From assembly GCA_945861275.1 (NCBI GenBank), contig CAMATZ010000013.1:2302-66301 (forward strand): DNA of 64,000 nt. The letters run 5' to 3'. The notes under the pieces are model-generated. The model had not been told where the DNA came from. It saw only the letters and a program-made list of their open reading frames with translations, and ran no database searches. The position numbers and the translations under genes were made by a program. This DNA comes from Bordetella parapertussis. GTDB taxonomy: Bacteria > Pseudomonadota > Gammaproteobacteria > Burkholderiales > SG8-41. Below are positions 29,159 to 37,827 of the stretch, in pieces. Numbering within the stretch: position 1 is the stretch's first letter; each line of letters opens with the position of its first letter.

Positions 29159-29434
29159 ATGATCAGGACCTTCCGCTGCACCGACACCCAAAGTCTGTTC
29201 AACGGCGCACGGGTGCGGCGATTCGTGAACATCGAGGCGGTAGCGCGCCGAAAACTGGAAATGGTGGCGGCTGCCAAGAAGCTGGAAGACTTACGGTTCC
29301 CACCTGGCAACCGGCTGGAAGCTCTGAAAGGCGACCGCGCTGGGCAGCACTGCATCCGCGTGAATGATAAGTTCCGCGTTTGCTTTCGCTGGAATGACGG
29401 CGCGGAGAATGTTGAGATCGTAGACTATCACTGA
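29159..29434 (+). CDS. higB: HigB/RelE-family toxin (plasmid maintenance killer type)
   Basis: PPGNRLEALKGDRAGQHCIRVNDKFRVCFRW...VEIVDYH. Confidence 0.93.
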   Translation: MIRTFRCTDTQSLFNGARVRRFVNIEAVARRKLEMVAAAKKLEDLRFPPGNRLEALKGDRAGQHCIRVNDKFRVCFRWNDGAENVEIVDYH

Positions 29435-29446
29435 AGGAGAACTGTC

Positions 29447-29776
29447 ATGTCCAAGAAGCTGCTGCCACCTATCCACCCGGGCGAAATCCTGCGCGAAGAG
29501 TTCTTAAAGCCACTGGGTCTGTCCGCCAACGCGCTTGCGCAACGTCTTGGTGTGACGGCCGCGCGTGTCAACGAGATCGCAAACGAGCAGCGCGGCATCA
29601 CGGCAGACACCGCGCTGCGACTGGGGCGCTGCTTTTCCACTACACCAGAATTCTGGATGAACCTCCAGCAGCGGTATGAGTTGGAGGTTGCCCGCCGAGA
29701 AGTCGGCGTGGCGGTGGAACGTGAAGTTGCGGCACTCGTCTTGGTGGGCGGGAACGTTCATGCTGCTCATGCCTAA
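29447..29776 (+). CDS. higA: HigA family antitoxin (HTH)
   Basis: PIHPGEILREEFLKP, ITADTALRL, FWMNLQ; toxin-first gene order. Confidence 0.93.
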   Translation: MSKKLLPPIHPGEILREEFLKPLGLSANALAQRLGVTAARVNEIANEQRGITADTALRLGRCFSTTPEFWMNLQQRYELEVARREVGVAVEREVAALVLVGGNVHAAHA

Positions 29777-29827
29777 CTTTAGCTGCACCGGACGCGCTGA
29801 AGCACGTCGGTGAGCATGACGTTAGGC

Positions 29828-29993
29828 GTCTCATGTGCCATGGCCTTATGGGTTCCCGCCGGCGCGGGAACGACAAGGTTGGTTTTGATCCACCTGAGCG
29901 CCAGTTGAAGCACACTATGCAAAGGAGCAACTTATGACCGCCAGCATCCTCCTCTACGACCCCACCGCCCCGCGCGCGAAAGTGCCGGCCCAG
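29828..29993 (+). repeat. 166-bp direct repeat, copy 2
   Basis: Partner of 28935-29100; contains the functional start of the selenoprotein gene. Confidence 0.92.
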
Positions 29994-30485
29994 GTGGAAA
30001 CCGCCCGGCCAACGCTCGAATCGCTCGCCGGCATGGTGGTGGGATTCATCGATAATGCGAAACCCAACTTTAACCATCTCGCGGACGACATCGGCGAATT
30101 GCTGATCAGCAAGTACGGCGTGAAGCAGGTATTGAAACGCCGCAAACGCGCGGCTTCGGTGCCCGCGCCAGATGACGTCTACAAGGAATTTACCGAGCAT
30201 TGTGACCTGGTAATCACCGGGTCGGGTGACTGAGGCTCCTGCACGTCGTGGAGTATCCACGACAGTGTAGAGATGACCAAACGCGGTAAGGCGGCGTTGA
30301 CGATTTGCTCGACGGCTTTCAAAACGCTGGGTCACGCGCAGGCGTCGGCGCTGGGCAAAAAAGATTTGCCGATTGCCGTGATGCCGCATCCTTTCGGGCT
30401 GCGCAAGCGTGATGAGGTGCGCGCGATCGCTGAAAAATGCGCGGACGACATTGCGCAGATGATGACCAGGGCGGGGGCGAAATGA
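29934..30485 (+). CDS. UGSC-family selenoprotein, 183 aa, Sec at codon 100 (TGA 30231-30233)
   Basis: ORFs 29934-30233 and 30273-30485 are in the same frame. Readthrough gives LVITGSGD-U-GSCTSWSIHDSVEMTKRG (UxxC motif), and a SECIS-like hairpin follows the TGA. Confidence 0.88.
30239..30270 (+). promoter_or_regulatory. Putative bacterial SECIS hairpin
   Basis: CTGCAC-GTCGTGGA-[GTA]-TCCACGAC-A-GTGTAG: perfect 8-bp upper stem, G first in the loop, 19 nt between UGA and loop. Confidence 0.8.
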
Positions 30486-31519
30486 GCAGCGCAGTCACCT
30501 TCGAAGCCCTCGATGATCTCGACGCCATTAACCAGCTCTACCGCGAACGCCGCTGGAGCGACGGCCTGCCCATCGTGCCGCCGACGCGTGAGCGCGTGGC
30601 GCGTATGCTGGCTGGCACGCAGCGCAAGCCCGCTGAGCTCATCGCGATGTTGCCGCCCGGATTCGGCGAGGCGACGGTGGAGCGCATCGCGATTAACGCG
30701 GTAATGGCGGGTTGCGATCCCGCATACCTGCCGGTGTTGATAGCGGCCACCGATGCCGTGGCGCAGGCGCAGTTTAATATTCAGGGTATCGAGGCGACCA
30801 CCAATTCGGCGGCCGTGTGGCTGGTGCTGAATGGCCCGATAGTGCAGCAGCTCGAAGTTAACGCCGCGTTTAATTGTCTCGGTCAGGGCACGTGGGCGAA
30901 CGCGACTATGGGGCGCGCAATGCGGCTGATACTGCAAAACATCGGCGGCGCATTACCCGGCGACATGGACCGTGCGACGCAGGGGCAGCCCGGCAAGTAC
31001 ACGTTCTGCTGTGGCGAAAACGAGGCGCACAGCCCGTGGGAGCCGCTGCATGTGGAACGCGGCTTCGCGCGCGACGTGAGCACAGTGACGGTGGTGGCGG
31101 CCGAAGGCACACTCAACATGAACACGCACTCGAAGGAGGCCGGCGAGTTGTTGCGCGTGATCGCCGAATCAATGGTGCATCCCACCAGCAACGAATATTG
31201 TCATGGCGGCGAACCGTGGCTGGTATTTGCGCCGGAACATGCGGACATCCTCAAAGCGGGTGGCTTTAGTAAACGCGATGTTAAGCAGCGCTTGTGGGAA
31301 CTCACCAAAATGCCGGCGCGCTGTTTGTCAGCGAATGAAATTTTGCGCGCGCAGGCCTCTCGTTCTGATGAGTATGGCGAAATCAAACCGGACACGTTGT
31401 TAAGCATTTCGCGCACGCCCGACGACATCTGGTTTATCGTCGCCGGTGGGCCGGGTACGCATTCGGTGTATGTGCCGTGTTTTGGCAACTCGCTAGCGGT
31501 GACTCGGGAAATATTATAA
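30482..31519 (+). CDS. Uncharacterised UGSC-associated partner protein
   Basis: ATGA overlap with the selenoprotein stop. Motifs WSDGLPIVPPT, IAINAVMAGC, ANATMGRA, GQPGKY, PEHA, GGPGTHS. Confidence 0.8.
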   Translation: MSSAVTFEALDDLDAINQLYRERRWSDGLPIVPPTRERVARMLAGTQRKPAELIAMLPPGFGEATVERIAINAVMAGCDPAYLPVLIAATDAVAQAQFNIQGIEATTNSAAVWLVLNGPIVQQLEVNAAFNCLGQGTWANATMGRAMRLILQNIGGALPGDMDRATQGQPGKYTFCCGENEAHSPWEPLHVERGFARDVSTVTVVAAEGTLNMNTHSKEAGELLRVIAESMVHPTSNEYCHGGEPWLVFAPEHADILKAGGFSKRDVKQRLWELTKMPARCLSANEILRAQASRSDEYGEIKPDTLLSISRTPDDIWFIVAGGPGTHSVYVPCFGNSLAVTREIL

Positions 31520-31542
31520 CTTATTGTTTTTAAAGGAAATTT

Positions 31543-32517
31543 ATGTTTAGCAGGAAACTCGCCTTCGGGATTACCGCAGTGCTTGCCGCACTGTGCATGG
31601 CACAGGGCTATGCACAAACCGGCGACTATCCCAATCGTCCGATACGCCTGATTACACCGGCGCAACCGGGCGGCACCACCGATATTCTCGCGCGGGTGTT
31701 CGGCGCGCGGCTCGCCGAAACGTACAAGCAGCAGATCGTGGTTGACAATCGCGCAAGCGCCGCGGGTGTGATCGCAGGCGAGCTCACGGCGAGAGCTGCG
31801 CCGGACGGCTACACACTGTTCATGGCCTATCATCAGCACACCGTCACCGCGGCGCTGAATCCCAAACTGCCGTATCACGCGGTCAACGACTTCACGCCGA
31901 TTTCGCAACTGACGCGGGCAGGATTAATACTCGTCATCAATCCCTCGTCGCCGCCGAAGAACCTCAAGGAATTCATCGACTGGACCAAAAACTTCAAAGG
32001 CGCGCTGAACTTCGGCTCGGCGGGCACCGGCAGCGGTGGTCACCTTGCCGGCGAACTCTACAACCTTGCGACAGGCATCAAGGCCGCGCATATTCCGTAC
32101 AAGGGCTCGGCGCCGTCGCTGATCGACCTGGCCGCCGGGCAATACCACTACAATTTCGTCGGCATGCAAGCCGCGCAGGCGCTGGTACGTGGCGGCAAGC
32201 TGCGCGCGCTGGCGGTGACCGCGCCGCGGCGTGTGGGCGCATACAAAGACCTGCCTGCGGTAGCGGAATCGCTGCCCGGCTTTGAGGTTGTCGGCTGGTA
32301 CGGTGTCATGGGGCCGGCAAAACTACCGAAGCCCATCGTCGGTAAGCTGCACGGCGACCTGGTCAAATTTCTAAATGCGCCGGATATCCGCGACCGCATC
32401 GTCGCCGATGGCTCCGAGCCGGTAGGATCGGAACCGGAAGCGTTCCGGCTGTACCTGTTGGCCGATATGGCGAAATGGGCGAAGCTGGTGAAGGAGAGCG
32501 GGGCCAAGCTGGATTGA
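31543..32517 (+). CDS. Bug/TctC substrate-binding protein
   Basis: YPNRPIRLITPAQPGGTTD, HIPYKGS. Confidence 0.92.
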   Translation: MFSRKLAFGITAVLAALCMAQGYAQTGDYPNRPIRLITPAQPGGTTDILARVFGARLAETYKQQIVVDNRASAAGVIAGELTARAAPDGYTLFMAYHQHTVTAALNPKLPYHAVNDFTPISQLTRAGLILVINPSSPPKNLKEFIDWTKNFKGALNFGSAGTGSGGHLAGELYNLATGIKAAHIPYKGSAPSLIDLAAGQYHYNFVGMQAAQALVRGGKLRALAVTAPRRVGAYKDLPAVAESLPGFEVVGWYGVMGPAKLPKPIVGKLHGDLVKFLNAPDIRDRIVADGSEPVGSEPEAFRLYLLADMAKWAKLVKESGAKLD

Positions 32518-32529
32518 TTGACTGCAACG

Positions 32530-32626
32530 GCGTGAAGGGGTGAATGAGTGAACGGGTAACCTCGCGCTGTGATCCTTCGCCTCCGGTAAGGGGAGAGCGG
32601 GATTTCACTCGTTCACTTATTCACGC
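32530..32626. repeat. 7-bp GTGAA-type inverted array
   Basis: gcgtgaaggggtgaatgagtgaacg...ttcactcgttcacttattcacgc. Confidence 0.75.
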
Positions 32627-32657
32627 AGTTATCAAAATTTTGTGGCGGAAGAAACCT

Positions 32658-33626
32658 ATGTGGTCAAATTTTCTTAAGGTATGGACGTGTGTTGGCGCAT
32701 TGGCGTTGGTGTCCGGTTTATCCAGCGCTTACGCACAGGCGCCCGCCGATGGCTCGGTGCGCGAGAAAGATATCCCGCTCACGGTGACTGAAGTCGCGCC
32801 GGGGTTGTTTTTTCAGTATCACCATCAGGAGTCGAACAATGCCTGGCTGGTGACCAGCGACGGTGTGCTGGTGATCGACACGCGCCAGCATCCCAGGCGC
32901 GGCGAGGAACTGCTGGCCGCGATCCGCAAGACCACGGACCAGCCGATAAAGTACGTGATCAACACGCATGCGCACGGCGACCATTATTTTGGCAACCCGG
33001 TATTCAAGCGTGAAGGCGCAATATTCATCGCACATCGCGATACCCAGCGCATGATGCAGGCCCATCACGGCGTGGAAATGAAACGCCGCCAGGGCTACTT
33101 TAAGCAGACGAAATTTGATCCGGCCGAGGTGCAGTTGGTGCTGCCGGACATGACTTTCGATTCGAAGCTGACGCTTACCCTCGGCGGGCGCAGCGTAGAG
33201 CTGCTGTATTTCGGCGCGGGGCAGAATCCCGGCGACACGCTGGTGTACTTCCCGCAGGAACGCGTGATGTTTTCCGGCGGTCCGTTCTCGAAAAACAGCT
33301 GGCCTAATCCGCAGTTCACGCCCTCGATGGGTAACTGGGTGGCGTTGCTGCGCAGGATTGCAGCGATGGATGTAGACAAATTTCTCGGCGGGCATGGCGA
33401 CATAGGCGCCAAAGCGGATGTGTTGAACGAAGCGCAGATGCTGTCGGACTTTGACGCGGGCATGCGTGATGCGGTGAAAAAGGGTATGAGCCGCGACGAA
33501 ATACTCAAGAGTGAGCCGTTCGCGAAATACAAAGACATACGCAATTACTACCGCATGAATTTGTTTATTAACAGTTATTATCATTTTCTGATCACCGGCA
33601 AGCCGCAAGTGCCTCTGCCGGAATAA
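32658..33626 (+). CDS. Secreted MBL-fold protein with degenerate metal ligands
   Basis: Signal peptide ending AYA; NTHAHGDH; GAGQNPGD; FSGGP; GGHG. Confidence 0.8.
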   Translation: MWSNFLKVWTCVGALALVSGLSSAYAQAPADGSVREKDIPLTVTEVAPGLFFQYHHQESNNAWLVTSDGVLVIDTRQHPRRGEELLAAIRKTTDQPIKYVINTHAHGDHYFGNPVFKREGAIFIAHRDTQRMMQAHHGVEMKRRQGYFKQTKFDPAEVQLVLPDMTFDSKLTLTLGGRSVELLYFGAGQNPGDTLVYFPQERVMFSGGPFSKNSWPNPQFTPSMGNWVALLRRIAAMDVDKFLGGHGDIGAKADVLNEAQMLSDFDAGMRDAVKKGMSRDEILKSEPFAKYKDIRNYYRMNLFINSYYHFLITGKPQVPLPE

Positions 33627-33645
33627 TACGAATGAAGAAAGCGCA

Positions 33646-34851
33646 ATGACAGCAACCAGCAACACCAATAATTTCGCTGATGTTACGTATGACCAGGCCA
33701 TGCAGCGTGCGCAGGACCTGCTTCCCTTTCTGCGCGAGCACGCTGCGGCAGGCGAACGCGCCACGCGCATGCTGCCGCAAGTCGAGGCCGAACTGCATCG
33801 GGCAGGGCTGTTCCGTTATCACCAGCCGAAATCATGGGGCGGCATGGAGCTCGAGTTCATCGCCTATTTTGATATCCCCGAAATGCTCGCGCGCGGCGAC
33901 TGCTCGGTGGGCTGGAACATCGCCAACTTGAGTTCGCACCATCGCAATGTGGCGATGTTCTGTGAACAGGCGCAGCAGGAAATGTGGGGCGAAAACCGCG
34001 ACTGCCTGGTGGCCTCGGGGATAGCCTTCGCGCAGGGCCGCGGGCAGCCGGTGGAGGGCGGCCTGCTGTTGAGCGGCCGCTGGTCGTTTTGTTCGGGGGT
34101 CGATATTGCGCATTGGAACATGCTCGGTTGTCAGGTGCGCGAGAATGATCAGATCATCGACTATCGCTATTGCATGGTGCCGCGCGCCCAGTACGAGATC
34201 ATCGACGACTGGCAGACCCTCGGCATGCGTGGCACCGGCAGCCGTTCGGTACGCTGCGACAACGTGTTCATACCCGAGCACCGCACACAGTCGATGTATG
34301 CGGCGAAACCGGGGCATGAGTTCCCGGGGCTGCGCATCAATACCCACCCGGCGTTCAAAGTGCCGACATCATCGCTGGGCGGGCATTGCATCGCCGGCGC
34401 CATTGTCGGCAATGCGCAGGCCGCAGTTGACGCCACGATAGAGATGGTCAGGTCGCGCAGCACCAGTTACACGGGTGCTGCGATGCGTGATTTTCAGAGC
34501 GTGCAACTACGCGTCGGCGCCGCGGCCGCCAAGGTTGATGCCGCGCGGGTGGTGCTGCGTAATGATTGCCTGGTGGCCGATGCCGCCGTCAAAGCGGGAA
34601 AAACGCTCGACCTGGAGGAGAAATTGCGCAACAAGCGCAACTGCGCGGCAGCGGTGAAGCTGTGCACCGAAGCGGTGGATACACTGATGGAAATGTCCGG
34701 CGCCAACGGCATATACGACACTGCGCCGTTGCAGCGCATGTTTCGTGATGCGCACGCCGCCGCCGCGCATATCAACTTCAACGCCGACGTGCAGTTAGCG
34801 CCGTGGGCGCTGGTGCAGTTTGGCGGCGAGTTCAAATCGCCGGTGATGTAA
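33646..34851 (+). CDS. ACAD-fold flavin-dependent monooxygenase, paralog 3
   Basis: QPKSWGG, GRWSFCSG, DDWQTLGMRGTGS, QRMFRDAH; closest to paralog 2. Confidence 0.85.
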   Translation: MTATSNTNNFADVTYDQAMQRAQDLLPFLREHAAAGERATRMLPQVEAELHRAGLFRYHQPKSWGGMELEFIAYFDIPEMLARGDCSVGWNIANLSSHHRNVAMFCEQAQQEMWGENRDCLVASGIAFAQGRGQPVEGGLLLSGRWSFCSGVDIAHWNMLGCQVRENDQIIDYRYCMVPRAQYEIIDDWQTLGMRGTGSRSVRCDNVFIPEHRTQSMYAAKPGHEFPGLRINTHPAFKVPTSSLGGHCIAGAIVGNAQAAVDATIEMVRSRSTSYTGAAMRDFQSVQLRVGAAAAKVDAARVVLRNDCLVADAAVKAGKTLDLEEKLRNKRNCAAAVKLCTEAVDTLMEMSGANGIYDTAPLQRMFRDAHAAAAHINFNADVQLAPWALVQFGGEFKSPVM

Positions 34852-34901
34852 ATTTTTAAATAATGAATAAAAACAAATACTTATGATACTGCCCCTGTTG
34901 C

Positions 34902-36077
34902 TTAGGTCGCCGCTGCCGCAGCCGGTGGCTCCGGCTCCTCATGCAGGGACAAACTTGAACTGATGGTGGATGCCGGTTCACCACGTTTGCTTTTGAGTTT
35001 GATGTTCAGGCGCAATTCATTAGCCGAGTCTGAATTGCGTATGGCTTCTTCATAACTGATGTGGCTCTCGGAATACAAATCGAACAGCGCCCAGTCGAAG
35101 GTTCGCATCCCGAGTTCGCGCGACTTGGTCATGAGGGATTTGATTTCAGTGAACTCGCCTTTAAAAATGCGTTCGGCAATCGAGGGCGTGTTGAGCAGGA
35201 TTTCAATGGCGGCCTTGCGCCCGGTGTTGTCTTCCATGCGCACCAGTCGCTGTGCGACGATCGCGCGCAGGTTGGCCGCGAGATCCATCAGCAGCTGCGT
35301 ACGCCGTTCTTCGGGAAAGAAATTGATGACACGCTCGATGGTCTGATTGGCGCTGTTCGCATGCAGCGTGCCCAGGCACAGATGTCCGGTTTCGGCGAAT
35401 GCGATGGCATGCTCCATGGTTTCCGCATCACGAATTTCACCGATCAGAATCACATCTGGCGCCTGACGCAGCGTGTTTTTCAGGGCGTGATGCCAGCTGT
35501 GGGTGTCGATGCCGACCTCGCGGTGCGTGATCAGCGACATCTTCGATTCATGCACATACTCCACCGGATCTTCGACCGTAATGATGTGGCCCGCCGAGGT
35601 GCGGTTACGCTGATCAATCATCGCCGCCAGCGTGGTTGATTTGCCCGAACCGGTGCCGCCGACCACCAGTACCAGGCCGCGCTTGTTCATGATGACTTCT
35701 TTGAGCACCACCGGCAGACCCAGTTTTTCGAAATTGGGAATTTCGGCGGCGATGGTGCGGATCACCATCCCGACGTGGCGCTGTTGCACAAACACGTTCA
35801 CGCGAAAGCGCGATATGCCGGGAATGGCAATCGCGAAATTGCATTCCATTTCCTTCTGGAACTCCGCGCGTTGCTCGCCGTTCATCAGCGCGTGCGCGAG
35901 CACCCGGGTGATTTCTCCGCTGAGTTTTTGAGAGGCCAGCGGCTGCATGGTGCCGTGCGCTTTCATGCTGGGCGGAAAATCAGCCGCGATAAAAAGATCC
36001 GACCCGTTTTGCGCGCTCATCACACCCAGCAACTTGTGCATATAAGCGCGCGCTTGCTCTTCGCTCAAACCCGACAT
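34902..36077 (-). CDS. pilU: Type IV pilus retraction ATPase PilU
   Basis: GGTGSGKST, TVEDPVE, LRQAPDVILIGEIRD, GHLCLGTLHANSANQ, DSANELRL. Confidence 0.9.
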   Translation of the reverse strand: MSGLSEEQARAYMHKLLGVMSAQNGSDLFIAADFPPSMKAHGTMQPLASQKLSGEITRVLAHALMNGEQRAEFQKEMECNFAIAIPGISRFRVNVFVQQRHVGMVIRTIAAEIPNFEKLGLPVVLKEVIMNKRGLVLVVGGTGSGKSTTLAAMIDQRNRTSAGHIITVEDPVEYVHESKMSLITHREVGIDTHSWHHALKNTLRQAPDVILIGEIRDAETMEHAIAFAETGHLCLGTLHANSANQTIERVINFFPEERRTQLLMDLAANLRAIVAQRLVRMEDNTGRKAAIEILLNTPSIAERIFKGEFTEIKSLMTKSRELGMRTFDWALFDLYSESHISYEEAIRNSDSANELRLNIKLKSKRGEPASTISSSLSLHEEPEPPAAAAAT

Positions 36078-36140
36078 GACGTTTTTCTCTGAGGTGAGTG
36101 AACAGGATAGTGCATTTTACGGGAAGACAGGGCGCTGCCG

Positions 36141-37070
36141 TTAACCGTCGCGATCCAGCACTTTCTGTATCGCCTCGGCAGACACTTTGATCTCCACGCC
36201 GGCGCGCTCTTTTTGCAGCATCAGGAACGAGCGTGAATCGAGGTGGCCCCAGCCGCGATTGAGCGCTTCGGTCATTTCGGCGTGCGTGATGTTGGCGATT
36301 TTCATCGGCACGCCGATTTCGCGCGCGAATTCGGTGGCCAGCGTCACGTCCTTGTGCGCGAGCTTCAGCGCAAAATCGGGCGGCTCGAACTTGTGTTGCA
36401 TGAACTGGTTGCCCATGCGGTCAAAGGTGCGCACACGGCCCATTGCGCACTGGCGCATCGCCGTCCACAGTTCCACCGGATCAACACCGCCTTTGACACC
36501 CATCGTCATCAATTCCGCGATGGCTGCCTGCACCGCGTAACCCGCGCAGTTATGCACCAGCTTGGCGATGGTGCCTGCGCCGCTGGCGCCGACGTAAAAA
36601 ATTTGATCGCCAATGGCCTCGAGCACCTTGCGATATTTGTCGAATACGGCGCGATCACCACCGACCAGCAGCGCCATCTTGCCGGACTGGGCGCCCTTGG
36701 GGCCGCCGCTGACCGGCGCGTCGAGCATGTGCAAGCCCTTTTTTGCAAACGCGGCGTGCAGCGCGCGCACCACGGTGACCGAGTTGGTGGAGAGATCAAA
36801 CCACACCGCGCCCGGCTTCATGTGGCTCAAAATGCCGTCCGCGCGCAGCGCGACATCCTGCACTTCTTTCGGACCCGGCAGCGAGGTCATGATGACGTCG
36901 CTGTCCTCAGCGATCTGCTTCACGTTGTCGGCCCACGTCGCGCCGACTTCAAGGTGGCGCCGGGAGAGGTCGCGATTGAGATCGTGAACGGTGACCTCGT
37001 ATTCCGCCTTGCACAGGTTGTAAGCCATGTGACCGCCCATGGTGCCGATGCCGATGAATCCGATTTTCAT
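36141..37070 (-). CDS. NAD(P)-dependent beta-hydroxyacid dehydrogenase (3-hydroxyisobutyrate dehydrogenase family)
   Basis: GFIGIGTMG, LDAPVSGG, AKLVHN, LAHKD. Confidence 0.9.
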   Translation of the reverse strand: MKIGFIGIGTMGGHMAYNLCKAEYEVTVHDLNRDLSRRHLEVGATWADNVKQIAEDSDVIMTSLPGPKEVQDVALRADGILSHMKPGAVWFDLSTNSVTVVRALHAAFAKKGLHMLDAPVSGGPKGAQSGKMALLVGGDRAVFDKYRKVLEAIGDQIFYVGASGAGTIAKLVHNCAGYAVQAAIAELMTMGVKGGVDPVELWTAMRQCAMGRVRTFDRMGNQFMQHKFEPPDFALKLAHKDVTLATEFAREIGVPMKIANITHAEMTEALNRGWGHLDSRSFLMLQKERAGVEIKVSAEAIQKVLDRDG

Positions 37071-37106
37071 GTTGCGGGGCCTCCAGTGGATGATGCTGAA
37101 AAAATC

Positions 37107-37205
37107 TCACCGCAAAGACGCAAAGACGCAAAGAAAAACCCGCAAAGGAAAAACAAAATATGCCTTTCTTTGCGTTTCCTTTGCGTTTTTGCGTCTTTGC
37201 GGTGA
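37107..37205. repeat. CGCAAAG-unit inverted repeat
   Basis: tcaccgcaaagacgcaaagacgcaaag...ctttgcgtttttgcgtctttgcggtga. Confidence 0.85.
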
Positions 37206-37234
37206 AGAATTTGAATTTGTGTTTCCTCCACCAC

Positions 37235-37681
37235 TCAAGCTGCCTGCGCCGCCTCAGCTGCCGGGTAATTCAGTTCGATGGTGACCTGACTGGGGTCTTC
37301 GAAAAACACCTGGTGTATGCCCAGCGACGGTATGGTGCGCTCGCGAAACGCGACGTTGTGTTGGGTGAGGCGCGCGCGCATATCGGGGAGATTGGTGGCG
37401 GCAAACGCCATGTGGTCAACCGTGCCGGTGCCGTTGAGCGTCGACAGATCGCGGTCGCCGAGATATTCCTTGAGGCCTTCCGGGTTTTTGAGATCGACGC
37501 CGATGATATGCACCACGCCATTGGTTTCGGGATACTGCGGGCCGTTATACATCCACAGCCCGGGGAAATTAAACGGCGGGCGAAAGCCCTCGCTGAAGCC
37601 CATGATATCGGTATAGAAACGGCGCGAGGCTTCAACGTCGAGCGTGCGGATGGAAAAGTGATCGAGTTTGCCGATGGGCAT
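37235..37681 (-). CDS. VOC/glyoxalase family protein
   Basis: LDHFSIRT, VDHMAF, FFEDP..IELN. Confidence 0.88.
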   Translation of the reverse strand: MPIGKLDHFSIRTLDVEASRRFYTDIMGFSEGFRPPFNFPGLWMYNGPQYPETNGVVHIIGVDLKNPEGLKEYLGDRDLSTLNGTGTVDHMAFAATNLPDMRARLTQHNVAFRERTIPSLGIHQVFFEDPSQVTIELNYPAAEAAQAA

Positions 37682-37827
37682 GGACGTTCCTGAACGTGAT
37701 GAAAGCGGGATGCTGGAATTCTAGCATTCAATCCGCGCGCGAAACGTTGTGGTTGCGACAGACCATCAAATGGGCTAACGTGAAAGTGTCGGCACTGCAG
37801 CGCTTACGAGACAAGGGCTTTACCGCA

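Noticed and set aside
30231-30233. TGA as a simple nonsense mutation or a real stop between two small genes
   Set aside because: It falls exactly at the U of a UxxC motif with a SECIS-like hairpin after it, and ATG 30273 has no strong SD. Not fully excluded without seeing sel genes.
34902-36077. pilU without adjacent pilT as a novelty
   Set aside because: Stand-alone PilT/PilU paralogs are common in betaproteobacteria.
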